Numbered from the stretch's first letter, positions 17,260 through 27,090 are shown. The stretch is DNA of 56,303 nucleotides from an uncultured Candidatus Saccharibacteria bacterium (GCA_964624665.1 CAZUZG010000003.1:1-56303); one strand, 5' to 3'. A program made the numbers and translations. Notes: generated by a model from the letters alone, not told the origin.

Positions 17260-17652
17260 ATGGAAACAACTACAGACAAACCAACTACAAGCACGGAACC
17301 GAACAAAACTGTTTTCGTTCCCAACTATCCGGCCAGAATTGGACAGCCGAGCATTATCGTAAAACACGGCAATGACAACATCGGTTACATCTATGCGGAA
17401 TTTGATACAGAGCGCCACGAACATTTTTATTACGCGACCAACTATAGCGGAAGCCCTGTTTTTGTACAAAAGATAAAGAGCCTTGATATGCTCAAAAATC
17501 TTTTCATAGGCTATGCGGAAGATATGCACCACGAGCTTGTGCATGGTTACAGTCTTCCACCAGTAGACCCCATTCTAAAAGCCAAGCGGGACGATGACCT
17601 TAACAAGTTAAGAAACGACAAGGGCAATAAAGAACATGATTTAAACAGATAA
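17260..17652 (+). CDS. hypothetical protein with basic C-terminal tail
   Basis: Ends LNKLRNDKGNKEHDLNR. Confidence 0.7.
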   Translation: METTTDKPTTSTEPNKTVFVPNYPARIGQPSIIVKHGNDNIGYIYAEFDTERHEHFYYATNYSGSPVFVQKIKSLDMLKNLFIGYAEDMHHELVHGYSLPPVDPILKAKRDDDLNKLRNDKGNKEHDLNR

Positions 17653-17680
17653 GTATTACCAACTAATAAAAACAAAAGCC

Positions 17681-18742
17681 ATGAACAAAGAAAACAAAAA
17701 TGAATATTTCCATAGATCAGGAATAACAAACAAGGAAATCGAAGCAATGCTGGAAAGCACCCACAGCGGTATTCTAAGTGAAGTCAAAGACCGGGCGCGT
17801 CTTTATGCAAGACAAAACAGGCCTGATCCCCGGGGGGATGTTTTGAACGTTTACACCAATGACACAACAGCTAAATATCAGGCGTTAAAAACGGATATAG
17901 GGAAGCAATTGCAGGTTGAAACAGCGGAAAGTGAAGCACAGGCATTAAGCGAAGAAACAGCCCGAAAAATCAAGCAAATAAGCGAGGAGAAGAAGCAGGC
18001 TGAAAAAGAACTTCATAACTTCTTGTTAGACCTCGCAGATCAAGGCTTAGAGCCGGAGGATTTAAATGCCATAAAGCCCAAAAGAAACGCTGACTGGATT
18101 ATTATTGCCATTAACTGCGGTGAAGTGCTACTTACAACTACCGCCCTGCAACTAATCGGCGGAAACCTAATATTCTCTTTCATATTGGCGGTTGCTATAA
18201 CGGCAGGCTTGTTTCTACTAGCGAAACAACTGGCTATTTATTTAAAAGAAGATTCCGGCGACGCCAAAGCAAAACGCATAGCCGTAATTGCAACAAGCAT
18301 CGTGGCATTAGCTGTCTTTTACTTTCTGGCGAAGCTTCGCGCTGAAAGCTTAAAAGACTCTGAACATTATGCAATCAGCCCCTTGCTCCTTGTTGGTGTA
18401 AATATTCTCTTCTATCTGGTGACGGTAATCCATTACTACAAAAATTCTTTGACCCCGAAGGAAAAGAAAGAAATCGAACGCATACAAAGGCTGAAAGAAA
18501 AATATTTGGCACTAACAGGCTTGATAAAAAAGTGCGAGGAGGATGACAAGGCTCTATCGGAAGAAACCTCGCAAAAGCTCAATATCCTTTCGCAGAAAGA
18601 AAACTACTACAACTGGCTTATACAAAAAGTCGATAAATGCAATATGGTCGCAGTCCATGAATTCGTATCGCACAATCTGCTATACAGAAGCGACAAGAAG
18701 ACACCTGACTGCTTTATTAAAATCATTAACTCTAAGAAATAA
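17681..18742 (+). CDS. coiled-coil four-TM membrane protein
   Basis: Four hydrophobic helices flanked by coiled coils. Confidence 0.8.
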   Translation: MNKENKNEYFHRSGITNKEIEAMLESTHSGILSEVKDRARLYARQNRPDPRGDVLNVYTNDTTAKYQALKTDIGKQLQVETAESEAQALSEETARKIKQISEEKKQAEKELHNFLLDLADQGLEPEDLNAIKPKRNADWIIIAINCGEVLLTTTALQLIGGNLIFSFILAVAITAGLFLLAKQLAIYLKEDSGDAKAKRIAVIATSIVALAVFYFLAKLRAESLKDSEHYAISPLLLVGVNILFYLVTVIHYYKNSLTPKEKKEIERIQRLKEKYLALTGLIKKCEEDDKALSEETSQKLNILSQKENYYNWLIQKVDKCNMVAVHEFVSHNLLYRSDKKTPDCFIKIINSKK

Positions 18743-18745
18743 CAG

Positions 18746-19471
18746 ATGAAAACATCAATAAAAAAGATTGCGCTTACTGCCATTGCCGGTGTATTACTCT
18801 CATTGCTTTTGTATGGCTGTGCAATGAACCAAACCTATCCGATTGCCGAATCGGTATTGATAGACAAGACGGATACATTTTTAGCTAAACCCGATGCGGA
18901 AATGATTAAAGGACAGTATAAAGCAAACGGGGCGTGGGAGGGCTATTTGCTTCGCGTATCGACCATAAGCGACATTGACTATAACTATACATGGGAGATA
19001 AAGATATCGCCGGAGTGCCAGCTATTATCAAACATCTATGACCGCAAAGACGAACTGGCCATATTCAATTCCGGAATAGACAGCGCCTTTAAGGAAGTTG
19101 AAGTTTCGCCCACAGGCAAAAACAGCTCTTCTATATATGAGCCGATAATCAGAGAACTGACATTACTTAAAGGGCAAAGCTCCAAAAGAAAAATACTGAT
19201 TGTATATAGTGACCTTATGGAATACTCTGCTCTGTCAAATTTTTATGACGCGCAAACCATAGACGGCCTCAAAACAAGGCCGGACGAGTTTGAAATGCTA
19301 TTTGAAAAGACAATGCCTGTTCCTGATCTCACGGACATAGAAGCATATTTTATTTTCCAACCGGGGGACAGTTTGCAAAGCAGGCAGTTTGAAACAGTAA
19401 GCCGATTCTACAAAAATCTGCTTATAAAACATGGGGCAAGTGTAACGATTGCCGCCAATTTAATTCTATAA
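18746..19471 (+). CDS. lipoprotein, vWA-like fold
   Basis: Lipobox LLYGC; VLIDKT and LIVYSDLME strands. Confidence 0.7.
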   Translation: MKTSIKKIALTAIAGVLLSLLLYGCAMNQTYPIAESVLIDKTDTFLAKPDAEMIKGQYKANGAWEGYLLRVSTISDIDYNYTWEIKISPECQLLSNIYDRKDELAIFNSGIDSAFKEVEVSPTGKNSSSIYEPIIRELTLLKGQSSKRKILIVYSDLMEYSALSNFYDAQTIDGLKTRPDEFEMLFEKTMPVPDLTDIEAYFIFQPGDSLQSRQFETVSRFYKNLLIKHGASVTIAANLIL

Positions 19472-19493
19472 CAACTTTAAAAATTAAATATAA

Positions 19494-19655
19494 ATGAAAG
19501 AACGCAACAACGATGAATCAGTTTTAGGGACTTTTCTCACTTTTCTCTTTAAAGCCCTCTGGAAGCTTCTCCTTATCTGCCTTTGGGGACTGGCAAGAAT
19601 AGCCACTGTCATATTTGAAGCCATTGCCAATCTGCTAAAAGGCCTTATCAGCTAA
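19494..19655 (+). CDS. small membrane protein (53 aa)
   Basis: Hand-read ORF MKERNNDESVLGTFLTFLFKALWKLLLICLWG... Confidence 0.6.
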   Translation: MKERNNDESVLGTFLTFLFKALWKLLLICLWGLARIATVIFEAIANLLKGLIS

Positions 19656-19671
19656 CACTAAAAAACAAGCC

Positions 19672-21123
19672 ATGAATAAAATTGCAACTTCAATATTCGA
19701 TTTTACTGAAAAAGCCCTGATATATATCTTCGATGGTTTAGAGGATTTCATAAAAGGCGCGCCAAAGGGCAATGAAGGCTACACTGCGAGCTTTGCTCCT
19801 ACCAGCACTTTGCTTTCTTCAAGGCACACCGGCTTCTGCTTGACGGGCGATAAAAGCCTGGAAGCTAAAAGAAGCTTTCAAAACTCAATAGTTTTCGGTG
19901 GAACGGGTGTCGGAAAATCTACAGTAGTACTGCTTCCGAGCCTCTATTCAATGAACAATTTTTCTTTCGTAGTCCATGATCCCTCATCTGAACTATTTCT
20001 TAAATCTTCTGCCTACCTTGAATCTATTGGATATACGGTCAAAGTCTTAAACTTCAGCGATCCCTCGATATCCTGCGGATACAATCCTTTAGCCAAAGCA
20101 AACACTTCTTCTGAAATCAATCGGGTGGCACAGCTTCTAATTTCAACTTCATTGGGGAGTAATAATAAGGATCAGTTCTGGTCGAATCTCGCGCAAACCC
20201 TCATATTCCTGCTCATTTCAATCCTAAAAAAAGGTGAGCCGAAATATTGCAATCTATTTAATGTTCGAATGCTGTTAAATCAAATGGGCGGTTCACCCGA
20301 AAAAATCGACAAGCTATTTTCCGAACAAGCAGATGAAATCCTATTTTCAGAATACAAAAGCTTTGTCAGCTATGACGATAAGGTCGTGTCGGGCGTAATT
20401 GCAACCTGCAAGAGCGCATTGCAAATCTTCGCGGACGATTCCGTTGTGCGTGTTACATCTCATGACGAAATAGATTTTCAAGAATTCCGGGATAAAAAAG
20501 TCGCACTTTACATCCAGTGCAAGACAGCAGACCAGAAATACCTATCGGTTCTTACGAGCTTGCTATTCGAAGAGATGTTTGCTTTCTCAATGTCGAAACT
20601 GCCTGCTCCGCATGAAAAACCAATAGCACTACTTATTGATGAAGCGGGAAGCCTGAAGCTTCCGATGCTCCAGCTTGCTGTCGCTAATTGCCGGAAATTT
20701 TCCGTTGCGATCATGTGCCTTTATCAATCCTGGGATGAAGTAATACATTGCTACACCAAGCACTCTGCCGAGGCTATCAAGGCTAACTGTTTTGCAAAAA
20801 TGTATTTCACCGGGCAGAATTTGGACACTTCTACTGAGTTGGAAAAATTGCTTGGAAAGCATGAATACAAAGAGAAAAATAAAGAGGGTCGAGAGGAAAC
20901 TAAAATCCGCAGTTTATTAACCGCTGATGAAATCAGGACTTTAAAAATCACTGAAGCCCTCTTGATTTGTGGGCATCATTTACCGCTGAAAATTAAGCTC
21001 CGCCCCTACTATGAGAACAAAACATATTTAAGATACAGCACTATGCCCGTGCCTCCATTACAGAGCAACATACCTGAAACAGTTGCCATATTGCCATTGC
21101 CTGAAGTCGGAACTAACGAATGA
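19672..21123 (+). CDS. VirD4/TraG-family type IV coupling protein
   Basis: Walker A GGTGVGKS, HDPSSEL, YNPL, FW, Walker B LLIDEAG, LLTADEIR. Confidence 0.9.
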   Translation: MNKIATSIFDFTEKALIYIFDGLEDFIKGAPKGNEGYTASFAPTSTLLSSRHTGFCLTGDKSLEAKRSFQNSIVFGGTGVGKSTVVLLPSLYSMNNFSFVVHDPSSELFLKSSAYLESIGYTVKVLNFSDPSISCGYNPLAKANTSSEINRVAQLLISTSLGSNNKDQFWSNLAQTLIFLLISILKKGEPKYCNLFNVRMLLNQMGGSPEKIDKLFSEQADEILFSEYKSFVSYDDKVVSGVIATCKSALQIFADDSVVRVTSHDEIDFQEFRDKKVALYIQCKTADQKYLSVLTSLLFEEMFAFSMSKLPAPHEKPIALLIDEAGSLKLPMLQLAVANCRKFSVAIMCLYQSWDEVIHCYTKHSAEAIKANCFAKMYFTGQNLDTSTELEKLLGKHEYKEKNKEGREETKIRSLLTADEIRTLKITEALLICGHHLPLKIKLRPYYENKTYLRYSTMPVPPLQSNIPETVAILPLPEVGTNE

Positions 21124-21668
21124 AGAAAACCAAGCAAAATATTAAACTCTGGGAATATTTAGATTCAATCGGCGTGCTTGTCGATTCGAAGCCTGATGAA
21201 ATATTATTGGCGAAAAAAAATTATGCTCGCTTGTACCAGCGTAATTACAAAAAGGTAAGACGATTAAAAGAACCTGAGTTTACAATCCACTTTCCAAAAC
21301 AAAGCCAGGACTATCAAAAGCTTGAAAGAGCCGCCAAGGCTCACAAAATGGCGATAACCAATTTCATCAAGCATTCAACGCTATGCTACATATCCAAAAC
21401 ATATTTAAAGCCAAGACTTGAAGTGTTTTATAAGATTGAACAATTGTTGGCTGATTGCTCAAATCATACGAAAGCCATTGCCTCTCAAAAAGAAAAATAC
21501 AACTGGGACAGGGAAGCCAAGTATCAAGTTATTGAAACAAGGATTATGCAATTAGAAACAGAGCTAAGGGCTTTAATGTATGCCCCTCCTGCCATTGAGG
21601 AATATATACAGGAAGCTATTGAGAAAGATAACAGCTTAAAAGACCGCCTACGGGCCATGCTTGTATGA
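21120..21668 (+). CDS. MobC-like mobilisation accessory protein
   Basis: RHH-like segment (LERAAKAHKMAITNFIK); translationally coupled to T4CP and relaxase. Confidence 0.6.
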   Translation: MKKTKQNIKLWEYLDSIGVLVDSKPDEILLAKKNYARLYQRNYKKVRRLKEPEFTIHFPKQSQDYQKLERAAKAHKMAITNFIKHSTLCYISKTYLKPRLEVFYKIEQLLADCSNHTKAIASQKEKYNWDREAKYQVIETRIMQLETELRALMYAPPAIEEYIQEAIEKDNSLKDRLRAMLV

Positions 21669-22507
21669 TCGTAAAAGTATTATCACATAAAAGACCGAGT
21701 TACAAAAAACTCCTTTCATATATGTTTGATTCGGACAGGCATAACCTCTACGATTCAGACGGGAACAGCCTTTTAATCACGCATAACATAAAGGGCAATA
21801 GCATAGATGAATTTGACAGACAGTTTAAATTGAATGAAAGCAACCGCATACAAAAAAGAAAAAGCCGGGTCTACGCCTATCATGAAATTTTAAGCTGGAG
21901 GAATACCGATACTAAACACATTACAGTAGAGAAGCTACAAGACATTGCAAGAGAATATATACAGAGGAAGAACCCCCGCTCAATATATATTTTCACCGCA
22001 CATTGGGAAAAATCTAACATCCACCTCCATGCAATTTCTTCCGGCGTAGAGTACCGCTCCGGCAAATCTGCCCGGATTTCAAAAGAGCACCTATTGGAAC
22101 TAAAACAGGGCATACAATCTTATCAATTAGAAAACTACAAAGAAATATCACACTCAGCAGTCAATCATGGCAAAAAAAGCAAAGCCATAGTCAGCGAAAA
22201 AGAATATCAGGTTAAGAAACGAACTAAAGAAAAAACCGACAGGGAACAGGTCGCTGATTTATTAAAGGATTGTTACAAGCAATCAAAATCACAAGATGAC
22301 TTTATTAAACGCCTAAAAGAAAATGGATTGGAAACATATATGCGCGGTAAAACGCTTGGCATTTTGTTTAACAAAAGAAAGTATAGGTTAAACAAGTTAG
22401 GTTTTACACCTGAGTTATTGAGTGAGTTAGATAAGGCAATTAACAGAAGCCGGGAATTGGAGAGTGTCAGGGAAAGGAAGAATAAGGGGATTGAGAAGAA
22501 TATTTAA
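21665..22507 (+). CDS. MOBP-family relaxase
   Basis: LLSY motif I, YHEILSW motif II, HWEKSNIHLHAI HUH motif. Confidence 0.9.
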   Translation: MIVKVLSHKRPSYKKLLSYMFDSDRHNLYDSDGNSLLITHNIKGNSIDEFDRQFKLNESNRIQKRKSRVYAYHEILSWRNTDTKHITVEKLQDIAREYIQRKNPRSIYIFTAHWEKSNIHLHAISSGVEYRSGKSARISKEHLLELKQGIQSYQLENYKEISHSAVNHGKKSKAIVSEKEYQVKKRTKEKTDREQVADLLKDCYKQSKSQDDFIKRLKENGLETYMRGKTLGILFNKRKYRLNKLGFTPELLSELDKAINRSRELESVRERKNKGIEKNI

Positions 22508-22534
22508 TAATAAGGTAACAAAACTTGATAAATA

Positions 22535-22561
22535 AAAAAGCACCGAATAAATTTGGTGCTT
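22535..22561. terminator. bidirectional terminator
   Basis: AAGCACC(G)AA / TTTGGTGCTT between convergent genes. Confidence 0.55.
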
Positions 22562-22578
22562 GAATTGAAAAATAAAAA

Positions 22579-22797
22579 CTAAGTATTAATTTTTATTTTT
22601 GCTGCCTCAACATGAGAAATGATTTCTTTTTCGTTAAAATCATTCATAAATTTCTTCATATCATCCGAAATCGATTTATTCAATTCACACATTTGCTTGT
22701 CATCTAAATATTCTAAGTCAGATGCCCAAGCCTCGGTAATTTCTTTGATAGGGTTTTTAATGTTGAGACATTTTAGACGATTGTCAGTAGTTTTCAT
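22579..22797 (-). CDS. small hypothetical protein coupled to protease gene
   Basis: 72 aa; start overlaps the stop of the upstream gene. Confidence 0.65.
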   Translation of the reverse strand: MKTTDNRLKCLNIKNPIKEITEAWASDLEYLDDKQMCELNKSISDDMKKFMNDFNEKEIISHVEAAKIKINT

Positions 22798-24346
22798 ATT
22801 GTTTAAATTTGTTAAATATCTGTTTCTTTTTATTTATAGCAAACTTTCCATGATTATCAAAATAACTTATTACCTCGGGATGCCATATAAATATTAAATT
22901 ATCAATTGATAAAGCATTCGCATGAGTTGCATCAATGATTATAAAACCAAAAGCATTATTATCCTTAACTAAATCAGTATTACTTAATTGTGCAACATAT
23001 ATAAATTTTGGCATTGTTGTAGCAACCACTATTGCTTTTACTGAAGAATCAATGTCATTTTCAGATGTAATCCAACGCTTAAAAGAACGACTTGTTGTTA
23101 AGAAAAGGCGCAAAAATACAGGTTGATTTTCAGATTTACAAATTGGATATTTTTTTAATATACTATATATGAACTGTCTCGCTTGTGATGCAGGTAAATA
23201 AACCTTAGAATGTAATGGTACTATATAGCTTACAAGTTCCAAATTTTTAAAATCATCATCATTGTCATCCTGATAATAAGATAAATAACCAGAGTCAGAC
23301 CTATTCGCAAATCCAAAGTTTCCAATTTGATATGGAGGCTTATTGTCATCAATAATTACATATTTCTTAACTAAATCACTATATTCTGATACTTTTAAAG
23401 TAGATGATGTTCCATCTAAGTTATTTATTAGTAAATCAATTTGCTCAATATTTTCAAAATTAATATGAGCATGGGGTGGTTGATAACCTACATATAAGAC
23501 TGCGTGTTTTTTATGTGAGTTGGACAACACACAAATAACTGGAATCCCAGACTCAATATAATAATGAAGAATTCTATGGAAGTCTTTATATGGAGGGCTA
23601 CTTGGAAAATAGCCTCTCTCGTATGCAATTCTATGATAAATTCTTACTCCAAACCCAAATTCCTTTAATGCAAATGATATTTGTTCTGGACTTAACCCGG
23701 GCGAAGGAGTTTGTCTTTCAAAAGAATATTTAGAAAGAGCTTTAACAATGTCTGAAGGAAGAGCCATTTTATAATCCTCATACTTACCTCCAAAGTACTG
23801 TAAGGTTTCCCAAATCGCAGTTTCAGCACATTTCATATATTCAGCATCTTGTGAAGCAAATGGAAATCCTTTTATTTTGAATCTTTTGTTCGAAATTAAA
23901 ATATCTGTTTCTAAATAATAGCTCTGAAATTCATGCCATTTTAAACATTCAGGAGAAATCAGACCTCGTCCAAAAAAATTGGGGAAGGTAGGTCTGATAC
24001 AAATAAAGCCATAACATTTATGATCGTCCTCATCTTTTAAGGTTAACGATGTTAACTTATTTAGGTCTACTTTTTCATTAAAAAAAGATATTCGTACGCA
24101 ATCTCTTAGATAATTTTTGTGTTTTGTAGAAAAATAATTGTAGTATGTGTTTCTATATAATTTATCAACATAAGGATATTCGTAATACACATTAATATCA
24201 GTTTTGAAAGTCAAAAATCTTTGGTTTAAAAGAGCCCGGGTTTGCTCTAATGGAAAACCAAATTTGGTTTCGAGATAAATAGATAACTGATTGGGTAACT
24301 CATTTATACTACAAGTTCCAGCTTCGATATGGTTTATTTTTTGCAT
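22784..24346 (-). CDS. C39/papain-like cysteine protease domain protein
   Basis: SQD....CAETAIW (Q/C), HAVLYVGY (H), IIDDN (D) in papain-fold order. Confidence 0.65.
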   Translation of the reverse strand: MQKINHIEAGTCSINELPNQLSIYLETKFGFPLEQTRALLNQRFLTFKTDINVYYEYPYVDKLYRNTYYNYFSTKHKNYLRDCVRISFFNEKVDLNKLTSLTLKDEDDHKCYGFICIRPTFPNFFGRGLISPECLKWHEFQSYYLETDILISNKRFKIKGFPFASQDAEYMKCAETAIWETLQYFGGKYEDYKMALPSDIVKALSKYSFERQTPSPGLSPEQISFALKEFGFGVRIYHRIAYERGYFPSSPPYKDFHRILHYYIESGIPVICVLSNSHKKHAVLYVGYQPPHAHINFENIEQIDLLINNLDGTSSTLKVSEYSDLVKKYVIIDDNKPPYQIGNFGFANRSDSGYLSYYQDDNDDDFKNLELVSYIVPLHSKVYLPASQARQFIYSILKKYPICKSENQPVFLRLFLTTSRSFKRWITSENDIDSSVKAIVVATTMPKFIYVAQLSNTDLVKDNNAFGFIIIDATHANALSIDNLIFIWHPEVISYFDNHGKFAINKKKQIFNKFKQYENY

Positions 24347-24608
24347 TTTCAAAAGAATTGCTCGAATTATGTTATTCTTATTTAAGAATTAGAAAGTTAT
24401 TCAGAATATCAGAAGTTCAATATGTCATGTAGGATAAACCATCCTTGCTCGAAAGGCATTAGCAGTTTCAAGATTGGTTTTGGATTTGGTATAATATTTC
24501 CATTATTTCAAATAATATTCATTATATTAAATATATGAAACGCGATACAGCAAATTTTGTTTCAATTATTCAAAATTAACTTATTTTTTCATATCACGCA
24601 TAATATAA

Positions 24609-24938
24609 GGCAATGAAATCTGTGCCGGTATCTTTGTCGGCCTTGCCATCTATGCATTAAAAGACATTCTAAAGGTTGCTGTTTTCAAACCCGATGATTT
24701 AAAACATTATGCTTTTAGATTTCTACCTCGAATTACACTGGTTACTGTTTTATCAACCTTATTCTTCATGGTAGCAGTTTATGTATACTGTGGTATTTTT
24801 TACAATGACTTTAAAACATTAAAGCATGTAATAATAGAGATGACTTGCGGAACAATTGGCATATATTTCGTTGCCTATTTTCCTTATAGAAAAGAAATCC
24901 AAGAAGCCGACAACTTTTTTGATTCAAATAAAAACTAA
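24609..24938 (+). pseudogene. startless three-TM membrane protein fragment
   Basis: 109 open codons directly after an in-frame TAA; first ATG only mid-frame. Confidence 0.45.
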
Positions 24939-24956
24939 TTACGAAGCTTGAAGCTC

Positions 24957-25033
24957 GGGGGTTTGGGGGCATCGCCCCCAACAGGATTCGCTTTTTGACC
25001 TTTCTACCCTGTCAAAAAGCAATCCTGCTAATA
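24957..25033 (+). other. oriT (MOBP type)
   Basis: TGGGGGC/GCCCCCA hairpin, inverted repeat CAGGATT(C)GCTTTTTGAC/GTCAAAAAGCAATCCTG, and RP4-like nic ATCCTG^C at 25027/25028. Confidence 0.75.
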
Positions 25034-25218
25034 CCACTCACTCCATATATTCTGACGAGTTCTGTTGTTAAAAGTAACGGTATGGGTTATCGTTCTCTTT
25101 GTCCTGATCTTCTCCTTAGGCTCAATTTCAGGTTCGATCTACCAATTATTCCCTAAGGTTTTTATACTTTTTGCTTGACTCTTTTTTCCAATCCATGTAT
25201 CTTTGTAAAAAATTCAAA

Positions 25219-25515
25219 ATGCCACGAGTTGAAATTTTATTGGATCAAATCCAAAATCAGGAAACGGATCAAAGGGGAGTTGCGGGTCAATGGATAATGG
25301 GGCCGAAACACAGCGATTTTTATAACCAAATGTTTCCTCATCATAATGACCAAAGTGGGGGTAAATGGCACCCAAGGGTAAAAAGTGAGCATGGTCAAAG
25401 AATCTTAATCTATTTCTGTAGGGTTCAAGGAATAAGAGGCAAAAATTGGTTTGTTTTACCTGAATTTAGTGAAGAATTTGAAAACCAATACCGACAGGCA
25501 GTACAGATGAATTGA
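25219..25515 (+). CDS. hypothetical protein
   Basis: Bacteroidota-type TATCTTTG promoter element just upstream of ATG 25219. Confidence 0.6.
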   Translation: MPRVEILLDQIQNQETDQRGVAGQWIMGPKHSDFYNQMFPHHNDQSGGKWHPRVKSEHGQRILIYFCRVQGIRGKNWFVLPEFSEEFENQYRQAVQMN

Positions 25516-25673
25516 ACTCTCTTTGTTAAATATGAGTAGAAAGATGCTCCTAACTAAAGGATTTTTTACTCGCATGAAAATACTATCTTTGGTATGACGG
25601 GGTTCATAGTCAAACTTGACAAAAACATTTAATTTTGATACTGTATACACAGTATAATCAAAAAAATTGTTCC

Positions 25674-25988
25674 ATGAAAAAGAGTAAAATAGAATCAACA
25701 AAGATAAATTTGTTAGATTTAATAAAGGTTTCTGCTGCAACGGAAGCAGAGTTAGTATCTTTAATTCTCCCGAAAATTAAGCAGCCGCTTAAAAGTGGCA
25801 GGATTATTTCTTTAGATTTTTCTGGTGTATCAAAAGTCAGTTTTTCCTTTTTGGAAGCTTTGATTACTGAAATAAACCTTGAGTTTCCTGATTTAGATTT
25901 AAACCAAATCTCATTTGATAATTTTGATAATTATTTATTGAGAGAATATGTCGATGAGTTGCTTCATGGTTCATCAGAAACCGCTTAA
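25674..25988 (+). CDS. STAS-like (DUF4325) protein
   Basis: ISLDFSGVSKVSFSFLEAL motif. Confidence 0.75.
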   Translation: MKKSKIESTKINLLDLIKVSAATEAELVSLILPKIKQPLKSGRIISLDFSGVSKVSFSFLEALITEINLEFPDLDLNQISFDNFDNYLLREYVDELLHGSSETA

Positions 25989-26000
25989 ATAAAAAGCCCT

Positions 26001-26759
26001 TCAAAGGGCTTTTTTTCTTTTTATAGAAACCGTCGTTCCATCCGAGTGTATAATAATATCGTAAATATCCGGCAGTTTTTTAAAGATACTCAATATACTT
26101 TTTTCTTTATATGTTCTTATATCGAATTCCGGCTTAATCTTTCTGAATGCATCCCCCATAGTAGATAAAAGGGCTGTTTCGTCTTCTTTCTTTGCCATTT
26201 CATGCGCTTTCGCTGCTAAATCTATAAGCTCCGGATTAACTTCAGGTTTCTTAACTTTCGTTTCTTCTTTTCCTTTTTCTTGAAGATTCACATGTGGAAT
26301 CTTTTTCTCTGAAACTTTTAAGGCCAAATTTTCAGAGAAAACAAAAATCTCACATGCTTTAATAAATGCTTCCGGAGTAGACGAAAGTTTTCCAATTCCC
26401 ATTACAAATACTCCTTCTTCTCTTATTCTATGAGCTAAACCAGTGAAATCGCTATCACTCGAAACAAGGCAATAACCTTGAACCGTCTTAGAATAAAGGA
26501 TATCCATGCCATCTATAATCATAGCTCCGTCAGAAGAATTTTTGCCCTTTGTATAAGCAAATTTTTGCATTGGTCTAATAGCGTGAGTATTTAGCTTGGT
26601 TTTCCATGAATTCATGGTTTGGATAGTCCAATCGCCATATATTCTTTTAATGGTGATTTTACCATACTTTCCTGTCTCGAGTAATATACTTTCAATCAAT
26701 TCAGCCGACGTATTATCGGCATCAATAAGGATTGCTATTCTTTTTTCATTAGTATCCAT
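26001..26759 (-). CDS. NYN domain protein with OST-HTH/LOTUS domain
   Basis: LIDADN, RIYGDW, GKNSSD, SSDSDF; C-terminal PEFDIRTY. Confidence 0.9.
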   Translation of the reverse strand: MDTNEKRIAILIDADNTSAELIESILLETGKYGKITIKRIYGDWTIQTMNSWKTKLNTHAIRPMQKFAYTKGKNSSDGAMIIDGMDILYSKTVQGYCLVSSDSDFTGLAHRIREEGVFVMGIGKLSSTPEAFIKACEIFVFSENLALKVSEKKIPHVNLQEKGKEETKVKKPEVNPELIDLAAKAHEMAKKEDETALLSTMGDAFRKIKPEFDIRTYKEKSILSIFKKLPDIYDIIIHSDGTTVSIKRKKAL

Positions 26760-26832
26760 TATCTCCTATTTCAATTCTAATACTAAAAGTAAGATTTAAA
26801 TTGAACTATTGATTAGGCAATTTAATAAACGT

Positions 26833-27090
26833 TTAATCAAAACCTTCCGAAAAGAACTCAGTAACAGTCATATCTAAAGCGGTAATGATTTTTACAAGCG
26901 TATCAAATTGAATATTTCCACCAGTTTCATATTTTCCGTATTGCGCCCTGGCTAAATTATGCTCGTAGGCGAAGTATTCATAATTGGAATACCCCTTCTT
27001 GATCCTTAATTCCTTTATTCTATTTCCGAGCTTTTGAAGATACTCCTTCCTGATCTCTTCTTCCGACTTGGTTGATTTCTTCTTTTTCAT
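26833..27090 (-). CDS. XRE-family HTH regulator
   Basis: LGNRIKELRIKKGY...QYGKYETG. Confidence 0.9.
   Translation of the reverse strand: MKKKKSTKSEEEIRKEYLQKLGNRIKELRIKKGYSNYEYFAYEHNLARAQYGKYETGGNIQFDTLVKIITALDMTVTEFFSEGFD

Noticed and set aside
16828-17544. 238 aa minus-strand ORF and similar antisense ORFs across the window
   Set aside because: Shadow frames opposite well-supported genes, with no motifs
25638-25655. LexA SOS box
   Set aside because: Spacing is CTG-N6-CAG rather than CTG-N10-CAG
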